A program made the translations under genes and the position numbers. From Hypanus sabinus (taxonomy: Eukaryota): a DNA stretch of 64,000 nt. The notes beneath the pieces were generated by a model, which saw nothing but the letters and a program-made list of their open reading frames with translations, was not told the DNA's origin and did not search any database. Location: contig NC_082709.1 of assembly GCF_030144855.1 (NCBI RefSeq), positions 108,810,001-108,874,000 on the forward strand, written 5' to 3'. Positions 34,800 through 47,998 of this stretch are shown piece by piece (the first letter of the stretch is position 1; every line of letters begins with the position of its first letter).

Positions 34800-37710
34800 C
34801 CAGAACGCAGCGGTCTGCACCCAGTATTTTAAAAGAATTGGCCACAGAGATTATGGACTTATAGGTTGAAGGTTGTCAAACCACATTGAACTCTGGGTTA
34901 GTACCAATAGAATGGAAAACACCAGGTGTCACTATGTCACTTTCAAAAAGAGAGAAAGACAAAATGTGAGAAACTGTTAGAGCAAACACGAGGAAATCTG
35001 CAGATGCTGGAAATTCAAACAACACACACAAAATGCTGGTGGAACACAGCAAGCCAGGCAGCATCTATAGGGGGAAACGCTGTTGACATTTCGGGCCGAG
35101 ACCCTTTGTCCTGACGGTCTCGGCCCGAAACGTCAACAGCGCTTCTCCCTATAGATGCTGCCTAGCCTGCTGCGTTCCACCAGCATTTTGTGTGTGTTGT
35201 GAGAAACTGTTAGTCGGTGAGCTGCTAGAAGCAGTAATCAAAGAAGAAACAACAAATCATTTAGGAAAGCTCAGTCTAAGCAAATCAAGCTAATTTTGTT
35301 TTTTGAAAGGCAAATTATGTTTGACAAATAACGAGTATTTCTGAGGATGTAACAAGTAGAGCAGGTAAAGAGGAACCTGTAAATGTGTATTTGGACAAAT
35401 AAAAGACCATAAAGCAGAGGGGCAGAATTAGACTGCTCAGCTCATCGAGTCTGCTCCACCATTCTATCATGGCAGATTTACTATCCCTCTCAACCCATTC
35501 TCCTGCCTTCTCCCCTAACCTTTCATGCTCTGAGTAATCAAGAACCTATCAACCAACCCTTTAAATATATCCAATGACTTGGCCTCCACAGCCATCCATG
35601 GCAATGAATTCCACAGTTCACCACCCTCTGGCTAAAGAAATTCCTTCTCATCTCTGTTATAAATGGATGCCTGTTTACTCTGAGGCTCTGCACTCTGGTC
35701 CTAGACCCCATTCTAGGAAACATCCTCTCCACTTTCACTCTACCTAGGCCTTTCAATGTTCAATAGGCTTCAATGAGGTTACCCCCTCATTCTTCTAAAC
35801 TCCAGCGAGTTCAAGCCCAGGGTAATCAAATGCTCCTCATAGGTTAACCTTTCCGTTCCTGGAATCATTCTTGTAAACCTCCTCTGGAACCTCTCAAATG
35901 CCAGCACACCTTTTTGACAAGAGGCCTAAAACTGCTCATAATACTCCAAGTGTGGTCTGACTATTACATTATAAAGCCTGTTAATGTTCCAGTTCTCTCA
36001 AAATGAATGCTAATATTCCATTTGCCTTCCGTACCTCCAACTCAAACTGCAAGTTAACCTTTAGGGAATTCTGCATGACCTCTGATTTGCACCTCTGATT
36101 TTTGAATTTTTTTCCCTTGTTTATTCCTTCTACTGAAGTGCATGACCGTACACTTCCCTACACTATACTCCATCTGCCACCTCTTTGCACATTCTCTTAA
36201 TCTGTCTAAATCCTTGTGTAGACTGCTTGCTTTCTCAACCTCCAGCCCCTCCACTTATTTTTGTATCATCTGCAAACTTAGCCACAAAGCCATCAATTCT
36301 GTCATCCAAATTGTTATCATATAATGTGAAAAGAAATGGTCCCAATACACCAACCCATGCAGAACACCACTTGTCACGGTCGTTCAACCAGAAAAGGCCC
36401 TCTTTATTCCCACTCTTTGCCTCCTGCCAACCAACCAATCTTCTATCCATGCTAATATCGTGATTCTTACCTTGTTAAGCAATCTCATTTGCGGCGCCTT
36501 GTCAAAGGCCTTCTGAAAGTCCAAGTACACAACATCCACAGATTTTCCTTTTGTCTAACCTGCCTGTTATTTCCAAAAGATTTCCCCTTTAAGGAGCCAT
36601 GCTGACTTTGACCTATTTTATCATGCATCTCCAAGTAGCCTGAAAACTCAAGATTAAGAATAGACTTTTCCAACCACTGGAATCAGGCTAACTGGCTTAT
36701 AATTTCCTTTCTTCTGCCTCCCTCCCTTCTTAAAGAGTGGAGTGACAATTACAATTCTCCAGTTCTCCGGAACCATTCCAGAATTTAGTGATTCTTGAAA
36801 GATCATTACTGATGCCTCCACAATCTTGTCGGCCACCTCTTTCAGAACCTTGGGGTGTAGACCTTCTGGTCTGGCTGACTTACCTACCTTCAGCTTCCCA
36901 AGCACCTTCTTCTTGGTAATAGCGACCAAACTCACTTCTGCCCCCTGGTGCTTTTGAATTTTTTGGCATACTGCTCATGTCTTTCACAGTGAAGACTGAT
37001 GCAAAATACTTATTTAGTTCATCTGCCATTTCCTTGCCCCCATTACTACCTCTCCTGTGTAATTTTCCACCAGTCCAATACCCACCCTTGCATTTTACTC
37101 TTTATACCTCTGAAAAAAGATTTGGTATCGGCTTTTGTATTATTGGCTTGCTTTACCTTTTCTGTCCTTATGGTTTTTTTTAGACATTTGACAAGGTGCC
37201 ATTTAAAAGGTTGGTAATTGAATTAGAAGTTTGTAATATTGGAAGCGTGGATTGAAGAGTGGATATCACACAGTTTCAGGTTGGATGTATGCAAACAGTG
37301 GAGTGCTCTCAGATATTTACTATTTATGTTAGTAAGCTGGAGGAGGAGATCGAATGTAAAATGTCTATGTTTGCCAATGACACAAAGAAAGGTGGAAGGG
37401 CAGGCTGTGATGAAATTGCATACAGGTAAATTGAGTGGGTGGAAACTTGGCAAATGGAGTCTAATGTGACAAAATGTGAGGTTAGTAAAAGTAATCAAAT
37501 GGCAGGTTATCATCCAACTGGAAAAAAGACTGCAAATGAGTGAAGTTGAGAGATTGAGATACTGCTATGATGGATCACAGGAAGGTAGCCAGTAGGTGCT
37601 GCAAGAAGGCAAATGGCACACTGGCCTTTGTTGCAAAGGGGTTGGAGTTTAGAAATAAGGAGGTATCGTTACACTGTGCAGGGCCCTTGGATGTCCATGC
37701 AGCTCCATAC
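34800..37710 (+). mobile_element. Old plus-strand CR1 remnant interrupted by a PLE hairpin (34981-35197) and a younger minus-strand CR1 (about 35400-37170)
   Basis: Plus remnants HPSILKELA, CLTN, FDKVP; minus ORFs HPKVLKEVA, KFADDTKI, WQMEYSVGKC, RRNFFSQRVVN. Confidence 0.8.
34981..35197. mobile_element. Palindromic PLE-derived hairpin element with 16-bp TSD
   Basis: Inverted arms (about 35018-35104 vs 35116-35199); TGTGAGAAACTGTTAG at 34965-34980 and 35198-35213; GGTCTCGGCCCGAAACGTC motif. Confidence 0.85.
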
Positions 37711-37980
37711 TGAGTGCTATTTCAAATTCGGTATTCAGCCAGTCTGAAGTCTAAATACTTGGGATGGGTTTGGATTACAGAATACACAGTTCATTCAACT
37801 TTGATTTGCCTAGATGTTAGCAGGCAGAAAGTGCCCACAATGTGATGGCTGGAGCACCATCAGTACAGTACATGTGAACATACCAGTGCATCTCACTTGC
37901 AGTTGACTAGGGCACAATGGCTGAAATATGCTGTTCATGGCAGAAATGACAACAAACTTTGTTTTTATTGTTGTTTCAAG

Positions 37981-38199
37981 AAATCCACACGATCGGAGTC
38001 CCTTCTGGACATGCACAGCAAGAAACTGAAAAGAAAAGCAGAAGCTGAGAAGAGCAGACCGCAGGAGCGGCGGCCATTTGACCGTGACCAGGATCTCCAG
38101 GTTCACCGGTTCGATGAGGCCCAGAAGAAGGCGTTAATCAAGAAGTCTAAGGAGCTGAACTCCAGGTTTTCACATGGAAAAAGCAACATGTTTCTGTAA
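37981..38199 (+). CDS. GPALPP1: GPALPP1 exon 8 (last coding exon): KSTRSESLLDMHSKKLKRK...RFSHGKSNMFL*
   Basis: ttcaag acceptor; PFDRDQDLQVHRFDEAQKKALIKKSKELNSRFSHGKSNMFL is near-identical to the recalled vertebrate GPALPP1 C-terminus. Confidence 0.98.
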   Translation, partial: KSTRSESLLDMHSKKLKRKAEAEKSRPQERRPFDRDQDLQVHRFDEAQKKALIKKSKELNSRFSHGKSNMFL

Positions 38200-38330
38200 A
38201 AAAAAAATACTAGTGGCAAATTGCAGATTTAGATCGACTGTCTTCGGTCCATAGTTTAATTCTGTTGTGGTATTCTATTTTGTTTGGCATATTGGGTCAA
38301 ACTGGCATGTATGAGTGGCAGATCTCTTGT

Positions 38331-38374
38331 AATAAAATGTTCTTTGTTTAATAATTTTAATTAATTAAAATAAA
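38331..38374 (+). terminator. Candidate GPALPP1 polyadenylation signals (AATAAA at 38331 and 38369)
   Basis: AATAAA 130-170 nt after the stop, followed by U/GU-rich sequence. Confidence 0.6.
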
Positions 38375-38474
38375 AGTAAATGGGTTTTTATTTATGTTTG
38401 ATAATCAGTGATAACATTTTTTTTATCTGCTATGGTCAGGTACCTCTAACCTGCCTAACAAATCCATTCAAAGT

Positions 38475-39925
38475 AAGTTCAAAGTAAATTTATTATCAAA
38501 TTACAGACATGTTACTATATACTTGGTGGGGGTGCAGTGAGATCAGCGCCAGACTTCGGACTGAAGTTCCCGGGTTCAAATCCAGTCGGACCATTCCTGA
38601 GTACGCTTTCCATCTGTGCCGGGTTGAGTGTTGAGCTCACAAAATAAAGAAAATACTGCAAAATGTCTGTGTGAGGAGTGGTGTGCCACACAGTCCCTCG
38701 TTCCGTGCCTCGTAAGGCATGAAAGTGCCCGACACTGGACTCTCAGGCCTGAGTCAACTTCATCATCATCATTATCATATCATATACTACCTTGAGATTC
38801 ATTTTCTTGTGGGCAACTTACAGGGATAAAAAAATGCAGCAGAATTTTATGAAAATATGTACATAAACATACAAAGACTGACAAGCACAAATGTGCAAAG
38901 ACCAACTGTGCATATGGAAATAATATTGAGAACGTGAGTTGTAAAGGGTCCTTAAAAGCGACTCTAGGTCATAGAATCAGTTCAGAGTAGTCACGAATGA
39001 AGTTATCCACGCCAGTTCAGGGGCCTGATGGTTGTGCAGGGGTGAATATCACAAATGACCTGACTTGGTCTAACCAAGCAGAATCCACTACCAAGAAGGC
39101 CCACCAGCACCGTTACTTACTGAGAAAGCTGAAGAAATTTGGCCTGTCCCCTAAAACCCTCACTAATTTTTATAGGTGCACCGTAGAAAGCATTCTTTAG
39201 GGTGCATCACAACCTGGTATGGAAATTGTCCTGTCCAAGATGGGAAGAAACTGCAGAAGATCGTGAACATAGCCCAGCACTTCACACAAACCAATCTTCC
39301 ATCCTTGGACTCACTTTACACCGCACACTGTCGGAGCAGTGCTGCCAGGATAATCAAGGACACGACACACCCAGCCAACACACTTTTTGTCCCTCTTCCC
39401 TCCGGGATAAGGTTCAGGAGCATGAAGATTCATACGGTCAGATTTGGGTACAGCTTCTTTCCAACTGTGATAAGACTGCTGAACGGATCCTGACCCAGAT
39501 CTGGTCGTACCTTCCAAATATCCGGACCTGACTTGCACTACCTTACTTCCCCTTTTCTATTTTCTAATTATGATTTATAATTTAAATTTTTATTTACTTA
39601 GATTTGTACTCCAGGGAGCACGAGAATCAAATATCGCTGTGATGATTGTACACTCTAGTATCAATTGTTTGGTGACAATAAAGTAAAGTAATAACTGTTC
39701 TTGAAACAGGTAGTGTGGAACTTAAGGTTTCTGTACCTCCTGCCCAATGGTGGTAGTGAGAAGAGCACATGGCTTGGATGTGGGGGCCTTTGAAGAATAC
39801 TGCTTCCATGCAGCAGTACTCCATGTCAATATACTCAGTGGTAGGGAGGGCTTCACCTGTGATGGACTGGATTGTATCCACCACTCTCTCTCTAGCCTCT
39901 CCTGCTCCTGGACATTGATGTTTCC
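38475..39925. mobile_element. Nested cluster: minus-strand LINE 3' end, tRNA-type SINE (about 38525-38775) and plus-strand Rex-like 3' fragment (about 39035-39690)
   Basis: SINE with GGGTTCAAATCC B-box and (CAT)n tail; GVNITNDLTWSN..NFYRCTVESIL; AATAAAGTAAAGT tail. Confidence 0.75.
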
Positions 39926-40741
39926 ATGTCAGGTTGCACATTTATAGAACCTGGAAATTCTGATCTGCAAAGGAAATGAATCTAGAGTGATTGAGGGACT
40001 TTTAACAGTAACAGAATATAGGAAATAAGCATAAAGGATGCCTTGAGATGATGTCAAGACATTGAGCTGGTTTGGATTTATGGGAAGTTGCACATTCAGC
40101 CTGGGTTTTGATCGGAAACAGGTGTTGCTCAACCGGCTGAGTCACTCTAGCTGTTTGTTGCTACATTCTCTTATCCAGGTATTCTGATGACCACTTGGAG
40201 CCATGACGTTTGTTATTTTATGGTTATTGATGAAATGGGAATGTCAGATGTTTGAGAACTTAAACAGATCTTTCTTGAAAAGAGCAAGATGTGTCAGTAA
40301 CCTCACTTTATGTCTTTTTTTAATAGGTTAGGGCACCTCTACAACCCACACCTCCAAACTCATCTCATTGACTGAAACACCTGACTCCAAATAGCTTTTG
40401 TAGGAGCATTACTCTAGAGGATCATATACTTTTTGGAACCTATACTGTGATTGTTTAAATGGAGTACTCAGTATTGATGAGAAGAAGTACTATTGTTTCT
40501 GTGTTATTTGTTTCAGCAGATTGTGTTTGTCTATTTCTGTGACTTAGATGAAGATCAGACCAGATTTTATGAGTAATTAATGCAGAAAACCAGGTAATTG
40601 TAAAGGGTTTACAACCACCTTCTTGCAACTGTAAGAATAATTATTAAAACAGCTGAAGAAAGAGCAGTTACACCTTTGGACAGAAAGGTATCCCAAGATA
40701 TTGAAAAGGATCTAGTGATTGTCCCAGCATATATGATCAAT

Positions 40742-43700
40742 AAACTCTTCTTGGGCTTCCAGCCAGGTACAGGTATCAAATATAACCAACATTTTAATGA
40801 CAAAACTCTGCCATCTTCATCAAGGATGATGCCTGGGCATGTCTAGTCCAGTCCAGTGGTATATACTGTATGTAGTCTTTCCCTCCTGACTGGTTAGTCC
40901 TCATCTAATCAGGTTTCCGCTCTCCCACATTGTTTACATTTGAATTCTTGTACTTAAAGCAAGACCTTTGTTTTTGTTAAAATTCTTTCCCTCTAGTTTT
41001 ATTTCAATGGCTATAGTGGTCTCAAAAGCTATTGGTGCAGCAGTAGTTTTCTGCTGTCAAAGTCAATCCTATAGCCATTGCAAATGTAATGTTCTGCTAC
41101 CACTGATTCCTCTGGGTAGCCCAAACATACACCACCTGTGCTCCTTGATGTGGGTTTCATTTGAGGAGAGAGTTCTGTGTTCATTGCCTTTGCGCCCCAA
41201 ATGCTTCTTCAGGTATGTCGATGACACCTTCGTAGTGTGGCATCAAGGACTCCAGGCACTCCAACAGTTACACAATCATCTGAACATCTTGCATCCAAAC
41301 ATTCAATTTACGATGGAAATGGAGTAGAATGGTTGCCTCCCATTCTGAACATTCTAATATGACAGAAATCAGAATGTAGCCTCGGACATGGTGTCTATCA
41401 GAAACCCACTCACATGGACTTGTATCACAACAATAAAAGCCACCATTCTGCCTCCCATCGTAGAGCAGTTCTTTCCATTTTGGTTAAGCATGTATTTCGG
41501 ACCTAGAGAATCTCCCTGAGGAAATAAGACGATTATGCACAACATTCCTACAGAATGGCTATAAGGTGAAGGAAACCAATCAGGCCCTTAAAAGGACTGA
41601 TGGAAAACCCAGGAAATTTAACAATGAGGAGTAATCCATCGCTACTGCCTGTCTTCTCTATATTTCCAATTTCTAGAAGGATCACCAGGTTCCTGAAGAA
41701 ATACAGGATTGTAGATGGTAATAATTCAGTAAGGAAGCTCAATTCACAGCTTATGTGGGTCAAAGATGAGCTGGGACTCAGGTCAGCTGGCATTTACAGG
41801 ATTCCCTGTGAACACGGAGCAGCGTATGTCGGCCAGGTGGGACGCATGTTGGAAACTTGCATCAAGAAGCACAGGGGATGTATCCGTTGGGATTACCCGG
41901 AGAAATCTGTGGTAGTAGAACATTTCATCTGCAAAGGCCATAAGACATAGGAGCAGAATTAGGCCAATCAGCCCATCAAGTTTGTTCTGCTGTTCCATCA
42001 TGGCTGATCCCATTCAACCCTTTCTTGCCATATCCTTTGATGCCCAGACTGATCAGGAAACTATCAACTTCCACCTTCAATACACCTGTGGACCTGGCCT
42101 CCACCGCAGTCTGTGGCAGAGCTCTCTGGATGGAAGAATTGCTCCTCACCTCTGTTCAATTGCCCTTCAATTTTGAGGCTGTACCCTCCAGTTCAGAATA
42201 CCCTCATCATAGAAAACATTCTCTCCATCTCCACCCTATCTAGACCTTTCAACATTCGATAGATTTAAATGAGATCCCCCTGCATTCTTCTAAATTCCAG
42301 TGAGTACAGGCCCAAAGCTGCCAAACACTCCTAATATGTTAACCCCTTCATTCTTGGAATCATACTTGTGAACCTCTTCTGGACTCTCTCCAATGACAAC
42401 ACATCTTTCTGAGATATGGGACCTAAAACTGTTGACAATACTCCAAGTGCAGCCTGACTAGTGTCTTATAAAGCCTTAACCATATAACAATTACAACATG
42501 GAAACAGCCCTTCTAGCCCGTGCCGAACGCTTGCTCTCACCTAGTCCCACCAACCTGCACTCAACCCATAACCCTCCATTCCTTTCCTGTCCATATACCT
42601 CTCCAATTTTGTTTTAAATGACAAAATCAAACCCGCCTCTACTACTTCTACTGGAAGCTCATTCCACACAGCATTATCTCCCTGATTTTATATTCTATTT
42701 CCCTTGAAATAATTGGGACAACGCATTTGCCTTCTTTACTATAGACTCAACTTGTAAATTAGCCTTCTGGGAGTCTTTCACAAGTCCCTCTCAGTCCTTC
42801 TGCACCTCTGATGTTTGAACCTTCTCCCTATTTAGATAATAGTCCACACCATTGTTCCTTTTACCAAAATGCATTGTCAGAGATTTCCCAACACTATTCC
42901 ATCTGCCACTTTAGCCCATTCTTCCAATTTGTCTAAGTCCTGCTGCAATCACATTGCTTCCTCAGCACTACCTACCCCTCCATTTTATCTACAAAGCCAT
43001 CAATTCCATTATCTAAATCATTGACAAACAATCTGAAAAGTAGGAGTCCCAATACTGACCCAAGGAATACCACTGGTCACTGGCAGCCAAGTGGAACAGG
43101 CTGCCTTTATTCCCACTCACTGCATCCTGCCTGTCAGCCATTCCTCTATTCATGCCAGTATCTTTCCTGGAACACCATTGGATTTTATCTTGTTAAGCAG
43201 CCTGATGTGGCACCTTATCAAATGCCTTCTGAAAATCCAAGTAAATGACATGCACTACTCTACTTTGTCCACCCTGTTTGTTACTTTCTCAAAGAACACT
43301 TACAGATTTGTCAGAGGCAACATTTCCCTTTACAGAAACAATGCTGACTTTGACTTATTTTATCATTAGTCTCCAAGTACCTTGAAACCTCATCCTTAAT
43401 AATGAACTCAAGCACTTTCCCAACCACTGAGGTTAGGCTAACTGGCCTATACAGTAATTTCCTCTCTTTTGTCTTCCTCCCTTCTTAAAGAATGGAGTGA
43501 CATTTTTAATCTTCCAGTCCTTTGGGACCATGCCAGAATCAAGTGATTCTTGAAAGATCATGACCGATGCATCTATTATCTCTTCAGAAATCTCTCTCAG
43601 GACTCTGGGATGTAGGACTTTCAATTTATCCACCTAATGACCTTTGAGTTTGTGGAGCATTTTCCTTTGTAATAGCAATGACAATCACTCCTGCTCCCCG

Positions 43701-44056
43701 ACACTCGGGCACACTGCTGGTGCCTTCACTGGGCTTGTGACCTTCACGTGCCTTACCAATGGCGTTTGGGTCACCCAGTGAAAAAAGCTATTTAAATAAA
43801 ATTGGAGGAAAAGAATTTTAACAAAAACAAAGGTCTCATTCTAAATAAGAACTAGAATTCAATTGTAAATGAAGTAGGAGAGCAGAAACGTGATTGGATG
43901 AGGACTAACCAATCAGAAGGGATAGATGGGATTGGTATAAACACCACTGGATTTGACATGCCCAGGTATCACCCCTGATGAAGATGGCAGAGTTTGTCTT
44001 TAAAACATCAGTCATAATCGATACCTCTATCCGGCTGGAAACTCGAGAAGAGTTTA
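40742..44056 (+). mobile_element. Penelope-like element (RT + GIY-YIG) with inverted 3' copy at its 5' side (40742-41145), interrupted by CR1
   Basis: FFRYVDDTFVVW, HPNIQFTME, GIYRIPCEHGAAYVGQVGRMLETCIKKH; 40742-41015 is the reverse complement of 43785-44056. Confidence 0.9.
41940..43740 (-). mobile_element. CR1 LINE fragment inserted in the Penelope endonuclease region
   Basis: LHPRVLREISEEI..VPKDWKIKNVTPFFKKGGRQKRGNY; DFQKAFDKVPH on the minus strand. Confidence 0.85.
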
Positions 44057-44919
44057 ACTGAGATACTACCTTAAACTGGTAAATTCACTGTTAACTCCTG
44101 AGGGCTGCGACTTGCCCAGAAGCAAGGTGCTCTTTCTTGAGCTTTTGTTGCGGATCTTGGAGCACTGTCAGAGGTTAATGCAAAGGTTTTGAAGGGGAAT
44201 TGGGATGGAGAATTAATAGAAGCTCAGAGCCGCTCTTGTGAATTGATCTACAGATTCTTTATAGAGCATGTTCTCAGCTTTAAATATACACGACTTTGTC
44301 CCCAGATCTCTTGTCAGCAAGTTCAGTAGACTCAGAACCCACCTTCCCACAGTCTTAATGGTGATAGTGATCCTCTTGACCTCAACGACCACAGCATGAG
44401 CCTCTGCTTTCAACACGTGATCCGCAACTTCCCGCCATTTCCAAAGGGGTCCTACCTAGAAACACAACTTTACCTCCCCCTACTTTCTGACTTCCACAGT
44501 GATTGCTCCCTCTGTGATTCCCTCATCCATTTGTCCTCCCCCACCCTCACTCTTCTGCCTTACAGAGCCTGTTGACCGTGTCGGGGGTAATAACTGTTCC
44601 TGAACCAGGCAGTGTGGGACCTGTTGACCGTGTTGGGGGTAATAACTGTTCCCGAACCAGGCAGTGTGGGACCTAAGGCTTCCATACCTCCTACTCAATG
44701 GTGGTAGCGAGAAGACAACATGGCCACGATGTGGGGGTCTTAGATGATGAATGGGCAGAGCATTCCAGCCACTTCCATTCCTTGCCTTTGAATGACTGTT
44801 CGTTCAGCAAACAGAATTTTGAAATATGTCTCGATGCGAGATTTGGGTTCTGAGGGGAATGGGGCAGAGAGATGTCCGAGTGGCGGGGGGGTTGGGCTTA
44901 CGTATCACGGTGACGTACT

Positions 44920-47905
44920 GTTGCAGCGAGCTCATGGCCCTCCCCCCACTGGGAAGGTCAGATCACAACCTGGTGCATCTCAAAGCCTGCTACGTGCCTC
45001 TGGTGGAGAGTAAACCTGCAACCTCGAGGTCAGTGAGGAAATGGTCGGGGGAGGCTTATGAGGCACTCCAGGGTTGTTTAGAGGTGACAGACTGGCAGGC
45101 CCTCTGTGAGCCACATGGAAAGGACATTGATGGGCTCAGAGTGCATCACTGGTTACATCAACTTCTGTGTGGACTGCAATGTTCCGGCAAGAACTGTCCT
45201 TTGTAATTCAAATAACAAGCTGTAAAGGGGGTTTCTTCTTTTTTCTTTGTTACTGTGTATGTAATCAAAAGGGCTTCTTTGTTTTGTTAACTAGCAGGAA
45301 TGCTTCTTTGTTGCGAGAGAGTGCTGGGAGAATGGTATTCCTTTGTAAACCAAATGGGGATTAATGTTCTTTCTTCTGAGTCTGTAAGCTTTTGTTGACG
45401 GGCTTTTGGGAGATCGGTGCGAGGGGGTTGAGAGAGAGGACGCAATGCTGTAAGCTGGGTGAGGAACGGACCCCAATCCGGGGTCCGAGGCCAGGAGGTA
45501 CTCCGAGGAGGGGGGATGAAGCTAGATGTGCTTGGTTGACCACTCGGAGGGTCCTGAGCTGTGAGTCGAGGAGTTCGGAGGGGATCAAATGGTGGCCAGA
45601 AGACTTCAGTAATTGAGCTCCAACGGTTGTGCACGAAGTGGTTTGGACTTTGATAAGTTTGGCGCCTTTTCTTTATTTTTTCTCTTAATATATACTGTAT
45701 CGTTATTAGTCACTTAGTTATAGTAACCTTTATAAATTGTACTCATTTAATCGCTTATGGTGTACTGTCTGTTTTTGGGCGAGGCGGGGACATCACACAG
45801 CATCCACACCAGCTGATTACCCAGTTTGGCGGGGCCGAAGGCTGCTCCCCCTAGACGAGAACGAGCTGAGCGAGCCTGAGGTGACCCAGGGGGTTACAAA
45901 GCCATGGGTAACAAAGGACATTAAGGACATCCTGAACGCTAAAAGAGGGCATTCAGAGATGGAATTAGGGAGGAGCTGAGGAGAATACAGAGGGACCTGA
46001 AAGCCAAGATCAGGGAGGCTAAAGACAGGTATAGGAGGAAGCTTGAGTGGAAACTCCAGCAGAACAACATGAGAGAGGTCTGGAGTGGGATGAGGACCAT
46101 CACTGGGTTCTAGCAAACCAGCAATAGAAGAGCCAAAGGCAGTGTGGACAGGGCCAACAAACTTAACCTGTTCTTCAACAGATTTGACACTGTGGCCCCT
46201 GCCCGTCCCCCACATGATTCATCTGTTGTCGGCCCCCAATCAACACATACTCCACTCTCCCCTCTTACTCCTCCTCACAGCCCCCCACCCTGCTCTCGTG
46301 ACTACACCCCTCCCCCACCTGAAACCACCATGGTGGGCTTCACAGCTGAACAGGGAGAAGACAGCTGAAACGTCTCCACCCAAACAAGGCTGCAGGCCCG
46401 GGTGGTGTCAGCCCCAGGGTGCTCAAAGCCTGTGCCCCCCAGCTATGTGGAGTACTTCACCATGTTTTCAACTTGAGCCTGAGTCTCCAGAGGGTTCCTG
46501 TGCCATGGAAGATGTCCTGCCTCATCCCTGTACCGAAGACGTCGCACCCCAGTGGCTCCAATGACTACAGACCGGTGGCATTGACCTCCCACATCATGAA
46601 GACCCTGGAGAGACTTGTTCTAGAGCAGCTCCGGCCTATGGTTGGGCCACACTTAGACCCCCTCCAGTTCGCCTACCAGCCCCGACTAGGAGTTGAGGAT
46701 GCCATTGTCTACCTGCTGAACCGTGTCTATGCCCACCTGGACAAGCCGGCGAGCACTATAAGGGTCATGTTTTTTTACTTCTCCAGTGCATTCAACACCA
46801 TCCGCCCTGCTCTGGTGGGTGAGAAGCTGACAGTGATGCAGGTGGATGCTTCCCTGGTGTCATGGATTATTGATTACCTGACTGGCAGACCACAGTAAGT
46901 GCACTTGCAACACTGTGTGTCAGACAGAGTGGTCAGCAGCACTGGGGCTCCACAGGGGACTGTCCTGTCTCCCTTTCTCTTCACCATCTACACCTCAGAC
47001 TTCAACTACTGCACAGAGTCTTGCCATTTTCAGAAGTTTTCTGATGACTCTGCCATAGTTGGATGCATCAGCAAGGGAGATGAGGCTGAATACAGGGCTA
47101 CGGTGGGAAACTTTGTCACATGGTGTGAGCAGAATCATCTGCAGCTTAATGTGAAAAAGACTAAGGGGCTGGTGGTGGACATGAGGAGGGCTAAGGTACC
47201 GGTGACTGCTGTTTCCATCCAAGGGGTCAGTGTGGACATGGTGGAGGATTACAAATACCTGGGGATATGAATTGACAATAAACTGGACTGGTCAAAGAAC
47301 ACTGAGGCCGTCTACAAGAAGGGTCAGAGCCATCTCTATTTCCTAAGGAGACTGAGGTCCTTTAACATCTGCAGGACAATGCTGAGGATGTTCTACGAGT
47401 CTGTGGTGGCCAGTACTATCATGTTTGCTGTTGTGTGCTGGGGCAGCGGGCTGAGGGTAGCAGACACCAACAGAATCAACAAACTCATTCGTAAGGCCAG
47501 TGATGTTGTGGGGGTGGAACTGGACTCTCTGACGGTGGTGTCTGAAAAGAGGATGCTGTCCAAGTTGCATGCCATCTTGGACAATGACTTCCATCCACTC
47601 CATAATGTACTGGTTAAGCACAGGAGTACATTCAGCCAGAGACTCATTCCACCAAGATGTAACACTGAGCGTCATAGGAAGTCATTCCTACCTGTGGCCA
47701 ACAAACTTTACAACTCCTCCCTCGGAGTGTCAGACACCCTGAGCCAATAGGCTGGTCCTGGACTTATTTCCACTTGGCATAATTTACCAATAATTATTAT
47801 TTAATTATTTATGGTTTTATATTCCTATATTTCTACACTATACTCGGTTGGTGCGACTGTAACGAAACCCAATTTCCCTCGGGATCAATGAAGTACGTCT
47901 GTCTA
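44920..47905 (+). mobile_element. Rex1/Babar-clade LINE, 5'-truncated and inactivated (EN C-terminus, RT, 3' tail)
   Basis: LPPLGRSDHNLVHL; NDYRPVALTSHIMKTLERLV, SSAFNTI, GAPQGTVLSPFLF, KFSDDSAIVG; 3' end GGGATCAATGAAGTACGTCTGTCT. Confidence 0.92.
45221..45898. mobile_element. Solo LTR (678 bp) inserted in the Rex1-like LINE, TSD AAGC
   Basis: TGTAA...TTACA ends; AAGC at 45217-45220 and 45899-45902; removing it restores the LINE motif NNKPWVTKDIK. Confidence 0.88.
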
Positions 47906-47998
47906 TGACGTCCATGCGGCAGCGCGCTTCGGCGTAAAGACGTCGCAGTGACGTTCCCGCGGCGGATCGCACGCAGCGCGGTGACGTGCCGGGCAGCC
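47906..47998 (+). promoter_or_regulatory. GTF2F2 proximal promoter/5' UTR with clustered CRE/ATF-like sites
   Basis: TGACGTC (47906), GACGTC (47939), TGACGT (47949, 47982) in CpG-rich sequence. Confidence 0.6.

Noticed and set aside
38197-38207. A-run right after the GPALPP1 stop suggesting a retrocopy
   Set aside because: The gene has seven canonical introns; the run is genomic and could only cause oligo-dT mispriming
44565-44675. Tandem duplication of about 52 bp
   Set aside because: Local duplication within a decayed LINE 3' fragment; no sign of function
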